The notes beneath the pieces were generated by a model that had not been told where the DNA came from, ran no database searches, and saw nothing but the letters and a program-made list of their open reading frames with translations. A DNA stretch of 64,000 nucleotides, taken from Anaerovoracaceae bacterium. GTDB lineage: Bacteria; Bacillota; Clostridia; Peptostreptococcales; Anaerovoracaceae. The stretch covers positions 10,531 to 74,530 of the forward strand of contig JAZQHU010000052.1 in assembly GCA_045540775.1 (NCBI GenBank). The letters run 5' to 3'. This document shows positions 46,596 to 56,233 of this stretch, piece after piece. Within the stretch, counting starts at the first letter, position 1; each line of letters opens with the position of its first letter. The translations under genes were made by a program, and so were the position numbers.

Positions 46596-47531
46596 TTACA
46601 TATTCAGCATCAGCAGTGCAGCTGCTATCATGCCGACTGTCACCCACTGCCTTGAAGTCATCTTCTCGCGGAAGAACAGAACTCCCGCGATTCCAACCAG
46701 TACTATAGTTCCTGTGCTGTATGTCGGATACGCTATTACCGCCGGCACATACGAAAGCGACATCAGAAGGAACCTCGCCGAGTAGTAGTTCGGTATGCCT
46801 ATGAGGCAGCCGAACAGGACATCCTCGCGTGTCAGCTTCTGCCCCTTCAGCACCGCTGTCAGCGTGCACAGCACCAGAGCCATCGCAAAAGTATACAGAA
46901 GGAACTGCGAGTTGTACTTCGCGTTCCCCAGCTCTTCATATATCTTGGACATCGCGTCGCCCGATCCGCCGACCAGCAGCAGGAAGATAAGAGCCTTAGG
47001 CGCAGTGACGGTGCCCGCTGCCTGTACAGCATCCTGCACTGTCTTAAACTGACCGCCATTTTCTCCTGCAGCGTCCGCACCGGAACCGCCCTTTTTCACG
47101 CCGATAGCTTCCCCTGCGTTCATGAACACGATCGCCGCTACTGCTATCGCGATGCCCGCGACCTGCATCACTCCCGGCCTCTCGCCGAAAGCCACGATCG
47201 CTATCATCGTCGGCACCAGCACCCCGAGCTTCATGAAAGTCGACGGGAGTACGACGCCGTTTTTCCTTATATTATACTGGAGCAAAATGAACGATCCCAC
47301 GTAGAACACGCCGTTCAGAAGCCCCATCATCAACGTCAGTCTGCCGTCTTCGCCGGGAACAATGATGCTCCCGGTGCCGCCTGCCTTCACCGCATAGAGC
47401 AGCCCGAGCAGCAGGCACACGACATAGTTGACAGCCAGAGTTGAAATGTTGTTCTTGATCCTTGTCTCGCCGCACCGCATCATGATCGAGATCAGCGCGC
47501 TGCAGCACATCGCCAGTAAGAGATAGTGCAC
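46596..47531 (-). CDS. Polytopic membrane protein, DMT/EamA-like transporter (tentative)
   Basis: 311 aa. Two blocks of about 4-5 TM helices separated by a Gly/Ala-rich loop. Confidence 0.5.
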   Translation of the reverse strand: MHYLLLAMCCSALISIMMRCGETRIKNNISTLAVNYVVCLLLGLLYAVKAGGTGSIIVPGEDGRLTLMMGLLNGVFYVGSFILLQYNIRKNGVVLPSTFMKLGVLVPTMIAIVAFGERPGVMQVAGIAIAVAAIVFMNAGEAIGVKKGGSGADAAGENGGQFKTVQDAVQAAGTVTAPKALIFLLLVGGSGDAMSKIYEELGNAKYNSQFLLYTFAMALVLCTLTAVLKGQKLTREDVLFGCLIGIPNYYSARFLLMSLSYVPAVIAYPTYSTGTIVLVGIAGVLFFREKMTSRQWVTVGMIAAALLMLNM

Positions 47532-47533
47532 CG

Positions 47534-48145
47534 CTACTTCACCTCACCTGGCGCATCTTTCCCGGCAGCTGCTTTCACTGCCGCACCATCATTCGCTGGT
47601 GCCGGCTCCCATTTTCCCGGCTCTTCAAACACGCGCGCTCCGGTATCCGGCTCGCCCAGATACGACACCAGGAAATGCTCAGCCAGGCTGCCCGGCCTTA
47701 TATTCTTCGCAGCTTTCTCCCGCGAAAACCACTTGTACGAATCGATCTCGTAGTTCGCATGCATCTCGCTATCGTCCTTCACAAACGCAGTGAAATTGCA
47801 CATCAGCGTGTCCGACTTCTCGAAATACTGCGACCTGTTGAACTTCATATGATCGACCGTCATCCCGGTCTCCTCACGGATCTCGCGGCGCACCGCATCC
47901 TCCATCGATTCGCCCTTGGTCACATAACCCGCCACAAGAACATACGACGGCCTGCCATACTGCTGGATCAGCAGTATCTCATCCGTCGCCTCGTTGACCG
48001 TGATCATGCTCACCGCCACATTGTACTGCGGGAACCTGAACGCCTCACACTTCGGGCAAAATGGGATCATCCCCTCATTCTCAAGCTCCCTTATCTCAAG
48101 TTTCGTGCCGCACATCCGGCAGAAAGTTCCATTCGTATCCATCAA
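47534..48145 (-). CDS. Nudix hydrolase with N-terminal zinc ribbon (NudC-like)
   Basis: CRMCG...CPKC zinc ribbon and Nudix box GYVTKGESMEDAVRREIREETG. Confidence 0.8.
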   Translation of the reverse strand: MMDTNGTFCRMCGTKLEIRELENEGMIPFCPKCEAFRFPQYNVAVSMITVNEATDEILLIQQYGRPSYVLVAGYVTKGESMEDAVRREIREETGMTVDHMKFNRSQYFEKSDTLMCNFTAFVKDDSEMHANYEIDSYKWFSREKAAKNIRPGSLAEHFLVSYLGEPDTGARVFEEPGKWEPAPANDGAAVKAAAGKDAPGEVK

Positions 48146-48153
48146 AATTCCTC

Positions 48154-49068
48154 TTACTCAGCTCCTGAACCGGATTCGCGGTTCTTCTCGTAATACACGT
48201 TCTCCAGCTTCTCTGCTGCGGCGGTCTTGTCGAGCACCATCTGCAGCAGGCGGTCAAGCTCGGAGTCCTCGGTGTAGTCGGCCGGCGCATAGTAGCGGAT
48301 GCGGTTCTCGCGCATCATTTTCTGCACGCGTGCCTTGTTCTCAGTATCCGGGTCATAGACTCCGATCGAGTGGCCGCCGTACGAGTTGACCAGCTTCATG
48401 CACGGGATGTCCGTGTCACTGTCGCCGATGTACACCATGTTGCGGAACGGCACGCGCATCTCATCAGGGGCAAAATAGTCGTTGACCCCGTCGTCATTGA
48501 TGCCGAGAACGCCCTTGGAGATCCTGAAGAGGAACTGCGTCTTGTTTGTGAAGTTGACGACCTGCGCCGGCCACACAGCCACTCCGTCCTCGTCATAGAA
48601 GAAGGAGCTCGCGTAGATCTTCTCGAATTCGCTGGCGATCTCAGTTCCCTCGATCATCTCCCTGAGTCCTGAAGAAATGATGTAGTGCTCAACAATGATT
48701 CCGCGCTCTTCGCCGTATCTTCTCATGCGGGCGAACCAGTTGTTTTCTCCGGCAACACCCTTATACAGTTCGACGCCGGCGCCGTAGCGCTCGAGCATCT
48801 CGCGGCGGAATATCTCCTTGCCCCTCGCGCCTCTCAGCATCAGATACATCCACGCCAGAGTGGAATCCATCTCATGCGAAAGCGCGAGCTCCATTGTTTC
48901 CTTCCAGAACTCATTCTGATTCTCATAATTGATAGCCTGAAGATAGCCCTGTGCCTGCATGTTGTCAGGCGACAGGGTCTTATCAAAGTCATAGCAGATG
49001 GCTACGACCGGCTTGTCTTCTCTTGTTCTTCTCTCGTTGTCCTGCATCTTTTTTCCTGCGGATGACAA
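48154..49068 (-). CDS. HAD-superfamily hydrolase-like protein
   Basis: 304 aa. DFDKTL (DxDxT) and GDSDTD motifs. Confidence 0.7.
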   Translation of the reverse strand: MSSAGKKMQDNERRTREDKPVVAICYDFDKTLSPDNMQAQGYLQAINYENQNEFWKETMELALSHEMDSTLAWMYLMLRGARGKEIFRREMLERYGAGVELYKGVAGENNWFARMRRYGEERGIIVEHYIISSGLREMIEGTEIASEFEKIYASSFFYDEDGVAVWPAQVVNFTNKTQFLFRISKGVLGINDDGVNDYFAPDEMRVPFRNMVYIGDSDTDIPCMKLVNSYGGHSIGVYDPDTENKARVQKMMRENRIRYYAPADYTEDSELDRLLQMVLDKTAAAEKLENVYYEKNRESGSGAE

Positions 49069-49084
49069 TTATCATTTCAAAATA

Positions 49085-49111
49085 TGACAAAGAGAACCGT
49101 CCCCATTGTCA
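49085..49111. repeat. REP-like hairpin element copy
   Basis: TGACAAAGAGAACCGTCCCCATTGTCA. On the minus strand it directly follows the stop of the 49114 gene and is followed by TATTTTG. Confidence 0.8.
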
Positions 49112-49113
49112 GA

Positions 49114-50172
49114 TTATTTCTCAAGCAGCGCGAGTACTGCATCGCCGTGGATGGTCTCGTCATTCATGACCTCATTGACTTCAGGGAAGAAGTCGACGAT
49201 GTCCTTGTACTTCTCAGCTGCGTCGTACTCGCCCTTAGCGATGATCGGGTAGGTCTTGTCCCTGCCGAGCACCTTGTACATCATAGGCACGAAAATCGAT
49301 TTTGCCGGATTCACCCTGAGGTCCATGCCGGTGTACTTTTTGAATACATCAGCATGTCTCTGCTCGTCACCAGCGAGCCTCTCGAATGCAGCACGATCCT
49401 TCTCGTCCTTAACTACTCCGGCCAGCTTCTGATACATCAGCACCGCATCGACCTCACCCTGCTGAGCGGTTTTCAGAGCATCCAGGCAGTCCGGATCGAA
49501 CTCAGGAGCCGGCTCGCATACGCCTGTCTCCTCCATGATGATGTCCGCGATGCGAGTGCTGTGAACGATGTAGCTGCCGTGACCCTCGCCCGGGATGATG
49601 CGGAGTTTTGCACCGTCGATGCCCGCAGCGATTCTCTTTGTCTCTTCGAGCAAAACCAGATCCTTCTCGCCGGCGATGACGACTGTCGGCACTTTGATCT
49701 TCGCAAGATCGTCCGCCGTGATGTCAGGCTCAGCCATCATGAGATACAGCTTCGGGTCCTTTTTGACCTTGTACGCCATCTTGATGAACAGCTGAAGCGG
49801 CTTGCTGACGCCCTGCGGAGTCATGTTCGCGCCGCTCGTGATCAGCATACCGATCCTGCCCGACTTCATAGCCGCCAGAAGCCCGATGATTCCGCCATCG
49901 CTGAAGCCGTAGAAAATGACATCCTTCAAGTCGAGCTTGTCCATGAAAGCGATCATGTCATCGCGCATGTCAGTGTAGTGGAGCTCGTCCACCCTCGTGC
50001 TCGCGCCGTGGTCCCTCGAGTCTACCGTGTATACTGTGAAATGTTTTCTCAGATACGCGACCGCTTCCCGGAAGATCGTGTGATCTTCGCCGTTTCCGTG
50101 CACCATGATGAGCGGCCTTCCGCTGCCCGCAACTTCGTAATTCAGTCTGATTCCATTAACATCAATAAACAT
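49114..50172 (-). CDS. Alpha/beta hydrolase fused to a ferritin/rubrerythrin-like C-terminal domain
   Basis: 352 aa. N-terminus LIMVHGNGEDHTIF...YGFSDGG (nucleophile elbow). C-terminus QGEVDAVLMYQKLA...LAGDEQRHADVF (ExxH di-iron-like). Confidence 0.65.
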   Translation of the reverse strand: MFIDVNGIRLNYEVAGSGRPLIMVHGNGEDHTIFREAVAYLRKHFTVYTVDSRDHGASTRVDELHYTDMRDDMIAFMDKLDLKDVIFYGFSDGGIIGLLAAMKSGRIGMLITSGANMTPQGVSKPLQLFIKMAYKVKKDPKLYLMMAEPDITADDLAKIKVPTVVIAGEKDLVLLEETKRIAAGIDGAKLRIIPGEGHGSYIVHSTRIADIIMEETGVCEPAPEFDPDCLDALKTAQQGEVDAVLMYQKLAGVVKDEKDRAAFERLAGDEQRHADVFKKYTGMDLRVNPAKSIFVPMMYKVLGRDKTYPIIAKGEYDAAEKYKDIVDFFPEVNEVMNDETIHGDAVLALLEK

Positions 50173-50206
50173 TTTCAGTCTCCCCCATTGTCATCTTTCT
50201 GCACAA

Positions 50207-50578
50207 CTACTTGTCCTCAGGTATCACCTCAAGCCAGTACCCATCCGGGTCTGTGATGAAGTAGATGCCCATGTCGTGATTCTCGAATGCTATGCATCCC
50301 ATCTCTTCGTGAAGAGCGTGAGCCGCTTCGAAGTCGTCCACGTGGAATGCGAGGTGGAACTCCTCTTCGCCCAGGTCGTACTTCTGCGGATGCTCCGCAA
50401 GCCATGTCAGCTCGAGCTCAAAATCGCTCGTCCCATCAGTCAGATAGACGAGTATGAATGACCCGTCTTCCGCAGTCTTTCTCCTCTTCTCCTTCAGCCC
50501 GAGCGCCTTCTCATAGAAAGCCATCGATGCTTCCAGGTCGCTCACGTTCCAGTTAACATGCACCATTCTGTGTTTCAT
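50207..50578 (-). CDS. VOC-family protein / glyoxalase I-like
   Basis: 123 aa. HVNWNVSDLEASMAFYEKALGL...ELELTW...FEN pattern. Confidence 0.75.
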   Translation of the reverse strand: MKHRMVHVNWNVSDLEASMAFYEKALGLKEKRRKTAEDGSFILVYLTDGTSDFELELTWLAEHPQKYDLGEEEFHLAFHVDDFEAAHALHEEMGCIAFENHDMGIYFITDPDGYWLEVIPEDK

Positions 50579-50688
50579 ATTTTCTCTTCCTTCCCTTAGT
50601 CCGCCCCTCGGCTTGCACCGGTAAGTACCAGGTCAGTACTCACCATTATTATCTGAACTGACCGGCAACAGGTCAGCACTCAACATAA

Positions 50689-50871
50689 TTACCTGAACTG
50701 ATTGACAGTCTCATCGTATGCAAAACCAGCCGCGGCCAGTTCATCCACGATCTCATCCATGTCTGCATCGATCTCCGCGCACAGGTCAGACAGCGACTCT
50801 CCCCTGTCCCTCAGCATCATATTTATATAACTGTACAGGATCATCGGATCCTTAGGTGTCTTGTAACTCAT
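50689..50871 (-). CDS. DUF4250-like small protein
   Basis: 60 aa. PKDPMILYSYINMMLRD...LSDLC pattern recalled for DUF4250. Confidence 0.55.
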   Translation of the reverse strand: MSYKTPKDPMILYSYINMMLRDRGESLSDLCAEIDADMDEIVDELAAAGFAYDETVNQFR

Positions 50872-50905
50872 ATCTTTCCGACAACAGGGGCGGTTTCCCC
50901 TGTTA

Positions 50906-50932
50906 TGACAGTGGGGACGGTTCTCTTTGTCA
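50906..50932. repeat. REP-like hairpin element copy
   Basis: TGACAGTGGGGACGGTTCTCTTTGTCA followed by GCTTTT. Confidence 0.8.
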
Positions 50933-51267
50933 GCTTTTCCGGCATCGGAGGCGTCCCTGTCCCTATCTGTCAGCTTCTCCTTTTTTCTTTTACTACTACA
51001 ATAATTTTGTGGTTAATACTCCCAACATCCAGTTGGGATGTTATCCATCTTGTTGCTTAAGCTGTTAGAATGAGCAAGGCAATCGGTCTGACGTTTCCTT
51101 TCTTGGACTCCCGTCCGTAAATAAGTCTGTCAACCAGCCCTCATTCGCAGCGTTCGTTTTACGCAGGTTGAACTATCGCGTTCGTGTGAATATACCCAGT
51201 AGATTGAATAGGCAATGAGAGAAGCTGGCTTCGGCCATTGCTAATAACGATCAAAGGAGTATTTATC

Positions 51268-52491
51268 ATGTTGAACGCAGTTGGTATCGATGTTGCAAAA
51301 CGCAAAAGCACAGTCACGATCAGAAGACCTGGCGATGAGATCATTCTGCCTCCATGTGACATCCGTCATAATCGGTCCGAGATCAATGACCTTATCACCT
51401 ACATCAAAAGCCTCAAAGGCGAGACCAAGGTCTGTATGGAACACACCGGCAGATATTACGAGCCTATGGCTTATTGGCTTTCTAACGCTGGTATCTTCGT
51501 CAGTGCTGTCAATCCTATTCTGATCAAGGATTTCAAAGATGATGATTCCTTTCGGGCTCCTAAAACAGATAAGGCTGATGCAGCGAAAATCGCTCGATAC
51601 ACTCTTGACCGCTGGACCAAACTGAAGCAATATGGTCTTATGGACGAGATGCGTAACCAACTCAAGACAATGAACAGGCAATTCGGGTTCTACATGGATC
51701 AGAAGACTGCTATGAAGAACAATCTCATCTCTCTTCTCGATGAAACATATCCCGGAGCCAACAACTTCTTTGACAGCCCTGCTCGTGAAGACGGCCATCA
51801 GAAGTGGGTAGACTTTGTGTATACCTACTGGCATGTCGACTGCGTCAGGGGCAAGTCTCTTAAAGCCTTTACTGAACATTACCAGAACTGGTGCAAGCGT
51901 AAGGGCTACAATTTCAGTGTGCGAAAGGCCAAGGAAATCTATGAAAAGTCCTCCATCCTTATCGCCATGTTCCCCAAGGATGACAACACCAAGATGCTCG
52001 TACGTCAGGCTGTAGATGTCCTGAATTCAACCTCTGCTACAGTTGAACTGCTTCGCAGAGAAATGGATAAAGCAGCTTCTACACTTCCAGAATATCCTAT
52101 CGTCATGGCTATGGATGGTGTCGGTCCGACTCTTGGTCCTCAGCTCATGGCTGAGATTGGTGATGTCACCCGGTTTACCAAGAGAGGTGCCTTAACCGCC
52201 TTTGCCGGTGTTGATCCCGGTGGAGATCAGTCCGGAGATCATGAACGCAAGAGCAACCGCACCTCCAAGAAAGGATCTCCACACTTAAGAAAGACTCTTT
52301 TCGTGGTCATGGATGGCATTCTTAAACGTTCGCCAATTGACAATCCTGTCTATCTTTTCATGGACAAGAAACGCTCTCAGGGAAAGCCTTACTATGTCTA
52401 TATGACTGCCGGAGCAAATAAGTTCCTGCGCATTTACTATGGACGAGTCAAGGAATATCTCGAGAAGCTTGAACAATCCGAAGAGTCGTAG
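51268..52491 (+). CDS. IS110-family transposase/recombinase
   Basis: Start moved to MLNAVGIDVAKRKS (AAAGGAG upstream). N-terminal DEDD RuvC-like motif and C-terminal AEIGDVTRF...AGVDPGGDQSG domain. Element ends not determined. Confidence 0.9.
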   Translation: MLNAVGIDVAKRKSTVTIRRPGDEIILPPCDIRHNRSEINDLITYIKSLKGETKVCMEHTGRYYEPMAYWLSNAGIFVSAVNPILIKDFKDDDSFRAPKTDKADAAKIARYTLDRWTKLKQYGLMDEMRNQLKTMNRQFGFYMDQKTAMKNNLISLLDETYPGANNFFDSPAREDGHQKWVDFVYTYWHVDCVRGKSLKAFTEHYQNWCKRKGYNFSVRKAKEIYEKSSILIAMFPKDDNTKMLVRQAVDVLNSTSATVELLRREMDKAASTLPEYPIVMAMDGVGPTLGPQLMAEIGDVTRFTKRGALTAFAGVDPGGDQSGDHERKSNRTSKKGSPHLRKTLFVVMDGILKRSPIDNPVYLFMDKKRSQGKPYYVYMTAGANKFLRIYYGRVKEYLEKLEQSEES

Positions 52492-52573
52492 TCCCACTAA
52501 CAAATTCCCATTCCATTCCAATGTAGCGCATTGGCTTTATTCGATTGCCTGAAATCCAACCTGTATAAAATTT

Positions 52574-52999
52574 TCAAAATTCGTCAAAATCTGCTTGATT
52601 TTCTATTTGCAGACTTGTTTCCCTAAAGTCAATGCCAATTCGATTTCTGAGATATATGGGCATGTACTCCTGGCCATCCATTATTACGGGTATGAATTTT
52701 TCCTGATTGAATCGGTCATAAACCTCTGGGGTTATAATGGTTGTTTCTACGCCAACTCCACCTCGACGGTTATTTGCCTTCTCAGCATATGATTCGTCAC
52801 ACATAATAAGAACTTTATCCGCCTTCTCTATACTTTTTTCCATAAAGACGAACTTATCATATCCAGGCTTCAAATCCCACTGATCCAAAATAACATCAAT
52901 CCCATTGGATCTAAGCTTCTCAGCAAGACTTCTTATTTGATCAATATAATTATCGCATTTCCAACTGTATGAGATAAAAACAACTGGTGATGTATTCAT
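52574..52999 (-). CDS. Stand-alone TIR/SEFIR-like domain protein
   Basis: 141 aa. VFISYSW...GIDVILDQWDLKPGYDKFVFMEKSIEKADKVLIMCDESYAEKANNRRGGVGVETTII matches the bacterial SEFIR/TIR_2 pattern, including the GGVG-E motif. Confidence 0.75.
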   Translation of the reverse strand: MNTSPVVFISYSWKCDNYIDQIRSLAEKLRSNGIDVILDQWDLKPGYDKFVFMEKSIEKADKVLIMCDESYAEKANNRRGGVGVETTIITPEVYDRFNQEKFIPVIMDGQEYMPIYLRNRIGIDFRETSLQIENQADFDEF

Positions 53000-53089
53000 G
53001 TTTTAATCCATTCCTTTTTCTTTTTCAGCTTTCTATGATTTACTGCTTTATCCTTTGAATGCAAGTCAATGTGCACTATATGAATATTA

Positions 53090-56011
53090 TTATGTGTTCC
53101 AAAGTTCTTCTTTAGGTGTTAATAATCCAAATAGTATTTTTTGTTGATCTCTCGTATCTACATTATTCTTGATTGCCTCTTTTATATCTCCAATAATCTC
53201 CCTTTTATGGTCTATGAAGAAATGTTGGTATCTTTCTGTCTTAATAATATTCGTCCACATATAATTGCTGGTATCGACTTGAGAATAATCAAACTCACTC
53301 GGAGCGAGAAGGAACTGAATGCACTTGCTGTACCCAGCGTATTTTTTTAGTTCATATATGTTAAACTCCTCATATACTAAGTGTAGAATAATGAAATCAT
53401 CGATATAGGATTGTAGATAATCCGGAAAAGTTCGCATTCCAGGTTTCGTTATTCTTTCTATATGCAGCTTCTCTATCTCTGCTAAAATACGTTGCTCACA
53501 TTCTTTAGAAGGTTCAATGTATCCTTCGAAAATAAAATTAAAGATTGACTCTGTAGAAAGCATATTCACGCTTTTTGTCAATAATGCTGAAAAGCGATCC
53601 ATAGGAAGTGCCATCCTGTAAAACTCAACCGCTTCTAATCTTTCACTAACATCCTCTATCTGGCAAATTGAACTATATGCATTAGTTTTGAAGCTGTCGT
53701 CATATGCATCTCGTGTTAACCTAAAAACTTTTTGGAATGCCCATTTATTATTCGCAGGCACTTTTTTATGCAAGCCTTTAGCAATAACATTCTGTATCAA
53801 TTCTTTAGACAAGCTTGCAATTTCAGGAGATGCGGAAGGCTCAATTGATTTGAGAAGCAAAATAATCGCGTCTAATAAGTCTTTTGAGCAAATTATATCC
53901 TCAATCCAATTGTCGTTATTTTCGATTAGTTTATTAATCAGTTCTAATACTGCATTGGTCGCCTGTGTTCTTAGCTCGTTATCTACTGTTTTTGTAATAA
54001 GTATTGAAAATGAATATATATAGTTAACTATATATTTGTTGATGCATGTAACAGCACTCTCACATAGATTGCGAAATTTGCTACAAACATCAAGACCATC
54101 AACAAATTCAACATTAGAAACATGGTAATCATCAATCCATTTTTTGAGCGATTTGGGATCTGTATATTTCACAAACATATCCAAATCAGTTTCTTCAAGC
54201 GGATAATGCTCCCTATGTGTTCCTATTAATACAGTGTCTTCATCTTCAGTTACAGGAGAATATGAACATAGAATCGCCTTCAAATAATAATAGAGGTAAT
54301 TGTATACATCTTTATAATGATCTATTGGCAGGTAGTTCTCTTTAAAGAAGAAATAATACTCATATGCATATGATTGTAGTTTCCAAATATTTTGAAACGC
54401 ATGTCCGGTAATAAAGCCATTTATCTTGTACCTATAATGACTCTCTTGCTTTTCCAGCGTCTTTTGCATCGCTATTCGATCATCATTCTCAGAATGATGC
54501 AATTTATATAAGTACCCGGTAGCATTTTTATAATTAGCATTCAGCGATGCAAACAAGTCGGTAATTTCTTTTGTCAATTGCTCTGCTCGAGATAAGCCTA
54601 AGTATAGAAGTGCACTTCGTTTTCGCATTTTTGATAGCAAAACTTCAACAATATCTGCTTTGTCAGTTCCTTTATCCATCTCCGCGATTGTTTCATTTAG
54701 CGCTTCATATGTAGAGCCAAGCAGCACCATATAATACAGGCGAACCTCAGGGTTGCTGATTATTTCAAGGTCCTTTTGAAGTGAAGTAAAGTCGTTATCC
54801 AGGTATTTCTGGAACAATGTGTCGGTTTCTTTCTTCTCGAATAATGCAATACTTCGCTTACAGTGATATGCCTGTGCCTCAGTTATGCATGTTTTACCGA
54901 TAAGTTCCTGCAATGTGGAACTATTGTTATATGCTTTTTCAAAACTATTTAATGCTGCTTCATTTGAAAATACTAGTGTATTGCCCATATAATCCAGATT
55001 ATTGATGTTACAGTTCCTTTTTAAATCGATGTATGCAATGTGATTATATGCTGACAGCAGTTTATAATTGTCCTCTGTGTCTATTTCTGAAGGTATTACC
55101 TCTCTATACTTAGCATCATCAGAAATCAGTCGAAGAAAGGCATGCATTCTTCTCCCTTTATCATTTTGCAGCTTTGAGGATGCGTATTTATCTACATATG
55201 ATTCCTCTATAGTATTAGTTTCAACGACAATTATATTCTTTCGCGCCAGTCTCTCCTTTTCAAAATCAGATTCATCGTCTGAAACCAGAATAAAGCTCTT
55301 TGGGCGCTCCTCAATCTTATGTACTTCAGCAAAATAATTAATCCATCCAATTATCAAATTGAGATTATAATCACTCAAAGAATAGCCTACAAACATGAAT
55401 GTGTTATTGATAAGCAGAGATTTTATAAAAGTGCTTATAAGAATATAGTTATGTTCATAGTTAATATAGTCGCTTTCCTTCAGAACGATATTCTCTATAT
55501 CGTTAAAGTCTCCATGCATTTTAACAATATATCTGCTACTAGCTTTAGCTAACAAGTCCTGATCTTTTGCAATAACTGAATATAGTCCTGTATTAATTGA
55601 GTCGGATCTTTCAAGCAAATCATCATAATTTGTCGTGATTATATGTTGCGGTGCAATTCTTAAAATCTCATTGTCGATTTCATTAGGCTCTACATTTTTG
55701 TTAAGCACTTCGTTAACTAGTTCATAATATCCCCGCTCATCTTTCTGATAATAGTATTCAGGTATCCTAAGGAACTCCTCTTGTGTAAAGATGTTTTTTC
55801 TATTACATTCAGCCTTTTTTTGCGCATCACAGTTTTTACTATCTGCACATGTAGAACAGTGCTCATAATGAAGCTTATCCGCAAATTGAGCAATCAATCC
55901 AGACCAGGTCGGTAACCCAGAGTTTCTTGACACTCCAGCACCAACAAAAATAACTAACCGCCCACTATTTTTTGCTCTATGTATTTCTTTTAAAGAATCT
56001 GTCCAATTCAT
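53090..56011 (-). CDS. SIR2-domain defence protein, DSR2-like architecture (N-terminal SIR2_2 plus ~700-aa helical C-terminal domain)
   Basis: 973 aa. SIR2_2 motifs LVIFVGAGVS, ITTNYDDLLE, SSRYIVKMHGDF, FMFVGYSLSDYNLNLI. The long alpha-helical remainder has no other recognisable domain. Confidence 0.75.
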   Translation of the reverse strand: MNWTDSLKEIHRAKNSGRLVIFVGAGVSRNSGLPTWSGLIAQFADKLHYEHCSTCADSKNCDAQKKAECNRKNIFTQEEFLRIPEYYYQKDERGYYELVNEVLNKNVEPNEIDNEILRIAPQHIITTNYDDLLERSDSINTGLYSVIAKDQDLLAKASSRYIVKMHGDFNDIENIVLKESDYINYEHNYILISTFIKSLLINNTFMFVGYSLSDYNLNLIIGWINYFAEVHKIEERPKSFILVSDDESDFEKERLARKNIIVVETNTIEESYVDKYASSKLQNDKGRRMHAFLRLISDDAKYREVIPSEIDTEDNYKLLSAYNHIAYIDLKRNCNINNLDYMGNTLVFSNEAALNSFEKAYNNSSTLQELIGKTCITEAQAYHCKRSIALFEKKETDTLFQKYLDNDFTSLQKDLEIISNPEVRLYYMVLLGSTYEALNETIAEMDKGTDKADIVEVLLSKMRKRSALLYLGLSRAEQLTKEITDLFASLNANYKNATGYLYKLHHSENDDRIAMQKTLEKQESHYRYKINGFITGHAFQNIWKLQSYAYEYYFFFKENYLPIDHYKDVYNYLYYYLKAILCSYSPVTEDEDTVLIGTHREHYPLEETDLDMFVKYTDPKSLKKWIDDYHVSNVEFVDGLDVCSKFRNLCESAVTCINKYIVNYIYSFSILITKTVDNELRTQATNAVLELINKLIENNDNWIEDIICSKDLLDAIILLLKSIEPSASPEIASLSKELIQNVIAKGLHKKVPANNKWAFQKVFRLTRDAYDDSFKTNAYSSICQIEDVSERLEAVEFYRMALPMDRFSALLTKSVNMLSTESIFNFIFEGYIEPSKECEQRILAEIEKLHIERITKPGMRTFPDYLQSYIDDFIILHLVYEEFNIYELKKYAGYSKCIQFLLAPSEFDYSQVDTSNYMWTNIIKTERYQHFFIDHKREIIGDIKEAIKNNVDTRDQQKILFGLLTPKEELWNT

Positions 56012-56233
56012 GGTGATTATTACCTCATCAAATCAGCTTACTTTGTTTCATTCATAATATCTACAAATCTTTAGCTAAGCCTTTTTCTTTCATATTTCAC
56101 TTCGCCTTGACGGATCCTTTCTAATGATTCTATCGACACGACGAAACCCCTTGTTAAATCTTCGAATGCGGTTGATAAAAGCATCTTGTCGTCCATATTA
56201 TATTTCCAGCTTTATTTTTTAATACACTTACCG

